Shown: in pieces, positions 60,607-64,000 of the stretch
How positions within the stretch are numbered: the stretch's first letter is position 1
How the letters are laid out: each line of letters begins with the position of its first letter
Source of the DNA: Acidimicrobiia bacterium
GTDB lineage: Bacteria; Actinomycetota; Acidimicrobiia; Acidimicrobiales; JANYDT01
Direction: 5' to 3'
DNA: 64,000 bases
NCBI GenBank assembly: GCA_025359845.1
Contig: JANYDT010000052.1
Coordinates: 8,325-72,324, forward strand
Notes under the pieces: generated by a model
What the model saw: only the letters and a program-made list of their open reading frames with translations
What the model was told of the DNA's origin: nothing
Database searches by the model: none
Made by a program: the position numbers and the translations under genes

Positions 60607-61183
60607 TGGTTCGCTCGAAGCCGTCGGTCACGATCGCCTCAACCGCGTCGGCGGCCTCCTGCACGGCGACGTCGAGGAGACCCCGCTCGGCCTTACCCGG
60701 GCGTTTCAGCACGTATTCGATGGCTTGCCCGGCACCGGGCGGGCGCCCGATACCAATGCGCACCCGCGCAAAGTCGGCACTGTTGAGATGGGCATGGACG
60801 GACTTGATCCCGTTGTTGCCGGCCGTCCCGCCCCCGAGCTTGAGCTTCACCCGAGCGCTGGGAAGATCGAGTTCGTCGTGCACGACGACAACCTGGGCGA
60901 GGTCTTCGATTCCGTAGCGCCGCACGAGCAGTCGAGCCGATTGGCCGGATTCGTTCATGTACGTCTGCGGAAAGGCCAGAGCCACCAGTGCACCGCCGAT
61001 TCGCACCTCGCCCGTGAGGGCCTTCTCTTTGCCCATTTTCAAGCGGGCCCCATGGCGCTGCGCCAAGAGGTGCACGCATTCGGCCCCAAGGTTGTGACGC
61101 GTGCCTGCGTACTCGGCCTCGGGATTGCCCAACCCGATGACCAAGAGCGCGGCCGGAGTACCGGATCGCTCCCGGCCGAACAT
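60581..61183 (-). CDS. pth: Peptidyl-tRNA hydrolase
   Basis: LLVIGLGNPEAEYAGTRHNLG, HDELDLP, GGGTAGNNGIKS. Confidence 0.95.
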   Translation of the reverse strand: MFGRERSGTPAALLVIGLGNPEAEYAGTRHNLGAECVHLLAQRHGARLKMGKEKALTGEVRIGGALVALAFPQTYMNESGQSARLLVRRYGIEDLAQVVVVHDELDLPSARVKLKLGGGTAGNNGIKSVHAHLNSADFARVRIGIGRPPGAGQAIEYVLKRPGKAERGLLDVAVQEAADAVEAIVTDGFERTMNRVNTGK

Positions 61184-61198
61184 CGGAAACCGGGTGGA

Positions 61199-61489
61199 CT
61201 AGACGAAGACGAAATCGAGATGCGCGGCGTTGCGGCGAACCGGGTCGCGCTGGATCTGATGCAGCCTGACGCGATGACTGGAGCCGTCGACGATGAGCGT
61301 CATCTCACCTTCTCGACTGGCTGGATCGTGCAGCGCCTTAGAAACATCGTGGTGGTTGAGCATTAAATTCACAGTCTCGTGGCCTTTGCCATAGGCGATG
61401 GCCGGAAGCTTGCCGGCGGCGCGCAGGCGTCCGGCCGGCCGAGAACCCGTCTCGGTGCGGAGTTCCGCGTGCAACGTGATGTCAGCCAT
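61199..61489 (-). CDS. rplY: 50S ribosomal protein L25, short (single-domain) form
   Basis: MADITLHAELRTETGSRPAGRLRAAGKLPAIAYG...HLDFVFV, 96 aa. I chose the ATG at 61489. Confidence 0.85.
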   Translation of the reverse strand: MADITLHAELRTETGSRPAGRLRAAGKLPAIAYGKGHETVNLMLNHHDVSKALHDPASREGEMTLIVDGSSHRVRLHQIQRDPVRRNAAHLDFVFV

Positions 61490-61638
61490 GGCAAGTTCCT
61501 TTTGGGTTGGTTCGGGGCGCCGAGCGGCCGGCGAAAGCCGGACGAGTCTAGCGGCCACAACTACCAGGCGTGAACGATGCCCCCAACAACGTGTGACTGC
61601 ACCTGGCCATGACGATCGTCACAAGGTAGACTTTAGCT

Positions 61639-62448
61639 ATGCGCCGACACATTGATCCCTCGGAATTGGCCCGCGATGACCGCTTCAATCGGGTCTCGAC
61701 CGAAATGCGGTTCAGCGATCAACGTCAAGTCGAACAGAACAACCGCATCGACGGCTCGGCCATTGACGTGCACGACCGGGCTCGCCGCTTGATGCACGGC
61801 ATCTTCGTGGGCGAGATCCAGGCCCTCGAAGGCGCCGGACGGACGTGCTTCGACTTTCCGGTGGCGGGCGAGAACGGTGCCGGCGCCGATCCTATGGCGG
61901 TGCCCTTTGCTCTCAAGCTCGACATGGCTCGCCAATGTTGGGACGAAGCCCGCCATTGTGAGATTTCCGTCAAGCTTGGCGATCACATGGGCATGGACAT
62001 CGGCGAATTCTTCGAGTCGACCACGTTGTTCGAGGCCGCCTGCCACGCCGATCCCGTCTTCCGTCTCGCCGGAGTAAATCGGGCCTTGGAGGGCTTGGCC
62101 ATCGACGTGTTCAACAGCATGAAAGAATTCGGGGCAGCAATGACCGACCCGGTACTCGAATTCTGTGAGGACTGGATGTTGGCCGATGAAGTCACCCACG
62201 TGAAGATGGGCTCGACCTGGCTGCGCGAGGTGACGAAAACCGACAAAGAACGCCAAGCCCGTGCGCTGGAGTTTCAGAAGGTGGTCGACGGACTGTTCAA
62301 CTTCCGTGGTCAGCGGGGCGAAGACGCCGATTCGTCGATTCGTCTCGCCCGCAAGTTCCGTGAGATGGCGGGTTTCACCTCGTCCGAGGTCGATGTCATC
62401 GCCGAAATGAGTCGCCAATCGAGGGCTGAGGTTCTCACGCCGGTGTGA
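61639..62448 (+). CDS. Ferritin-like di-iron superfamily protein (DUF455-like)
   Basis: Helix motifs GEIQALE, WDEARHCE, ALEGLAIDVF, ADEVTHVKMG. Confidence 0.65.
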   Translation: MRRHIDPSELARDDRFNRVSTEMRFSDQRQVEQNNRIDGSAIDVHDRARRLMHGIFVGEIQALEGAGRTCFDFPVAGENGAGADPMAVPFALKLDMARQCWDEARHCEISVKLGDHMGMDIGEFFESTTLFEAACHADPVFRLAGVNRALEGLAIDVFNSMKEFGAAMTDPVLEFCEDWMLADEVTHVKMGSTWLREVTKTDKERQARALEFQKVVDGLFNFRGQRGEDADSSIRLARKFREMAGFTSSEVDVIAEMSRQSRAEVLTPV

Positions 62449-62467
62449 AATCGACGTAAATGTTGAG

Positions 62468-62532
62468 AGGACCGGCACCCTGGGCCCCATCCCGCGATCG
62501 GCGGCGAAGATGGGAAGCGGGGTGCCGGTCCT
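62468..62532 (+). other. Long imperfect hairpin 20 nt downstream of the DUF455-like gene
   Basis: The outer 12-bp stem is aggaccggcacc / ggtgccggtcct. Nested pairs are cccatc/gatggg and ccgc/gcgg. A second hairpin (ggga.ggtctt / aagacc.tccc) lies at 62540-62570. There is no U-tract. Confidence 0.4.
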
Positions 62533-62933
62533 TCTCGGAGGGACGGTCTTTGAGGGGGAAAAGACCTCCCGGAAAAATCGGGGTGAACTTCGTCTACACG
62601 CGGGCGCGCCCGGCTGGATGAAGGCTACGGGCGCCAGCCAGTCCAGACAGCATGCGGGTCGCGCCCCGCCAGACAGGCTCGTCATCGCTGCGGCAATGAG
62701 AAGTCGGCTCGGGGAGGGGCTCGACGGGAAGCTCCTGACGATGTTCGACGTGGGGAAGCGGGGCGTGAACAGCCTCTGTGGATTGACCAGCCGAGGGTGA
62801 ACCGACTTGGTGGGCTCCGGTGATCTTGAGTGTGGATGTGTGGTTCATGGTTGGCTCTCTTGGTCTTTACGTCGGTCGATGCGCTTGTTCGGATGTTCGG
62901 ATGTGATGTAGAGCAGTCAACCGGGCGTTTCTT

Positions 62934-62965
62934 ACAACTTTTCGAGAAAAACATTCGGAAGTTGT
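62934..62965. promoter_or_regulatory. Inverted repeat ACAACTTTTCGA-N9-TCGGAAGTTGT in an AT-richer stretch upstream of the SDR gene
   Basis: Perfect 7-bp arms (acaactt/aagttgt) plus imperfect extension, about 180 nt upstream of the ATG at 63144. Confidence 0.35.
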
Positions 62966-63143
62966 GATGGATCTGATCATGACGGATCGCAGACGGGCTT
63001 TCGATGGCGCGAACGACACGTCGTGATGTGACTCACGCCATACCCCCGCTCTGCGCCCCGCAAACTTCGGGCTTGGCCATCTGTCGAGGTCACGGCTACC
63101 GTTCTTCGTCCCGTTCTCACATCTCAGAGGAGCAGTTCCGATT

Positions 63144-64000
63144 ATGACCAAGTTGTCGTTCGAAAATCGTGTCGCCGTCATCACCGGTGCGGGCGGGGGC
63201 CTAGGGCGCGAACATGCGTTGCTGCTGGCCAGTCGGGGCGCACAGATCGTCGTCAACGACTTGGGCGGCGGGATCGACGGGTCCGGCGGCGACGGTGGCC
63301 CCGCGGCCACGGTGGCGAAAGAAATCAACGACGCCGGCGGCGTGGCCGTCGCCAATGGCGATACCGTTTCGACCCCGGAGGGCGGAGCGGCCATCATCAA
63401 GACCGCCCTCGATGCGTTCGGTCGGGTCGACATCGTGATCAACAACGCCGGCATCCTGAGGGACAAGACGTTCCACCACATGGGGTCAGCCGAAATCGAT
63501 TCAGTGATCGACGTTCACCTCAAAGGCGCCTTCTACGTGACCCAGCCGGCATGGATAAAAATGCGCGAGCAGGGCTACGGCCGAATCGTGAACACCAGCT
63601 CGAGTTCAGGCATCATCGGCAACTTCGGACAGGCCAATTACGGGGCGGCCAAGATGGGTTTGGTCGGGCTGACCCGAGTCTTGGCGCAAGAGGGAAGCAA
63701 ACACAATATCAAGGTCAACGCCCTGGCCCCCGTGGCCAAGACCCGTATGACCGAAGAAATACTCGGACCAATGGTCGACAAGGTAACTCCCGATCTCGTC
63801 GCCCCCATTGTGGCGTGGCTCTGTCATGAGGACTGCCCCGTTTCGGGTGAGATCTATTCGGCCGCCGGCGGTCGCATTGCCCGCATGTTCATTGGCCTAA
63901 CCCCGGGGTACTACAACCCGAAACTCACGCTCGAAGACGTCCGCGACAATTTCGAGCAGATCCGCAACGAAGAGGGCTACATCGTGCCCGTGAAGACAGG
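63144..64000 (+). CDS. SDR family oxidoreductase (MFE-2-type 3-hydroxyacyl-CoA dehydrogenase-like), 3' end outside the window
   Basis: This ORF is absent from the track because it has no stop in the window. VAVITGAGGGLGREHALLLASRGAQIVVNDLGG, NNAGILRD, YGAAKMG. A gaggag RBS lies at 63127-63132. Confidence 0.85.
   Translation, partial: MTKLSFENRVAVITGAGGGLGREHALLLASRGAQIVVNDLGGGIDGSGGDGGPAATVAKEINDAGGVAVANGDTVSTPEGGAAIIKTALDAFGRVDIVINNAGILRDKTFHHMGSAEIDSVIDVHLKGAFYVTQPAWIKMREQGYGRIVNTSSSSGIIGNFGQANYGAAKMGLVGLTRVLAQEGSKHNIKVNALAPVAKTRMTEEILGPMVDKVTPDLVAPIVAWLCHEDCPVSGEIYSAAGGRIARMFIGLTPGYYNPKLTLEDVRDNFEQIRNEEGYIVPVKT

Noticed and set aside
62594-62848. 84-aa minus-strand ORF (MNHTSTLKITGAHQVG...) as a small protein or RiPP-like precursor
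   Set aside because: It has a weak ribosome-binding context and only moderate third-position GC. I recognise no motif or neighbouring modifying enzyme. It is left as part of the unexplained non-coding finding.

Overview
High-GC actinobacterial chromosome segment. The taxon is an inference from the mycothiol-type genes and the mfd-pth-rplY and eno-ftsB-DUF501-ppx backbone.

**1-9.4 kb: accessory, defence-island-like block.** It holds an Rpn/DUF4351-type remnant, a ~2,195-aa SF2 helicase-DUF1998-Vsr-like nuclease fusion, and a UvrD-like SF1 helicase. All three are broken by net -1 frame shifts or an in-frame stop. An intact AlkZ-like (QAQ motif) DNA glycosylase follows.

**10.6-28 kb: acyl-CoA-type catabolic genes.**
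- SDR, ACAD, a Mo-hydroxylase FAD/FeS/Mo operon, an esterase and a carboxyltransferase.
- LivHM permeases without ATPase or binding protein.
- An amidohydrolase, a CoA-transferase and an unusual crotonase.
- A small lower-GC divergent RelE-like/AbrB-like gene pair.

**28-38 kb:** TauE, a Trp-acidic disordered membrane protein, a GNAT gene whose start sits in an 11-nt x3 repeat that forms chained ATGA mini-ORFs, LacI with a cre-like operator, gcvP, dus and maf.

**38.6-61.5 kb: conserved backbone.** A ~7.3-kb Mo-hydroxylase maturation block interrupts it (coxG-like, mocA-like, two xdhC, VWA, MoxR, an LLM oxidoreductase, and FAD + FeS subunits but no large subunit). An ECF sigma gene is broken by an 11-nt tandem duplication plus a 1-nt deletion.

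Perfect short tandem duplications (8-23 nt period) recur across the window. I found no tRNA, rRNA, CRISPR array, integrase or intact transposase. All family assignments come from reading motifs in the translations, with no database search.
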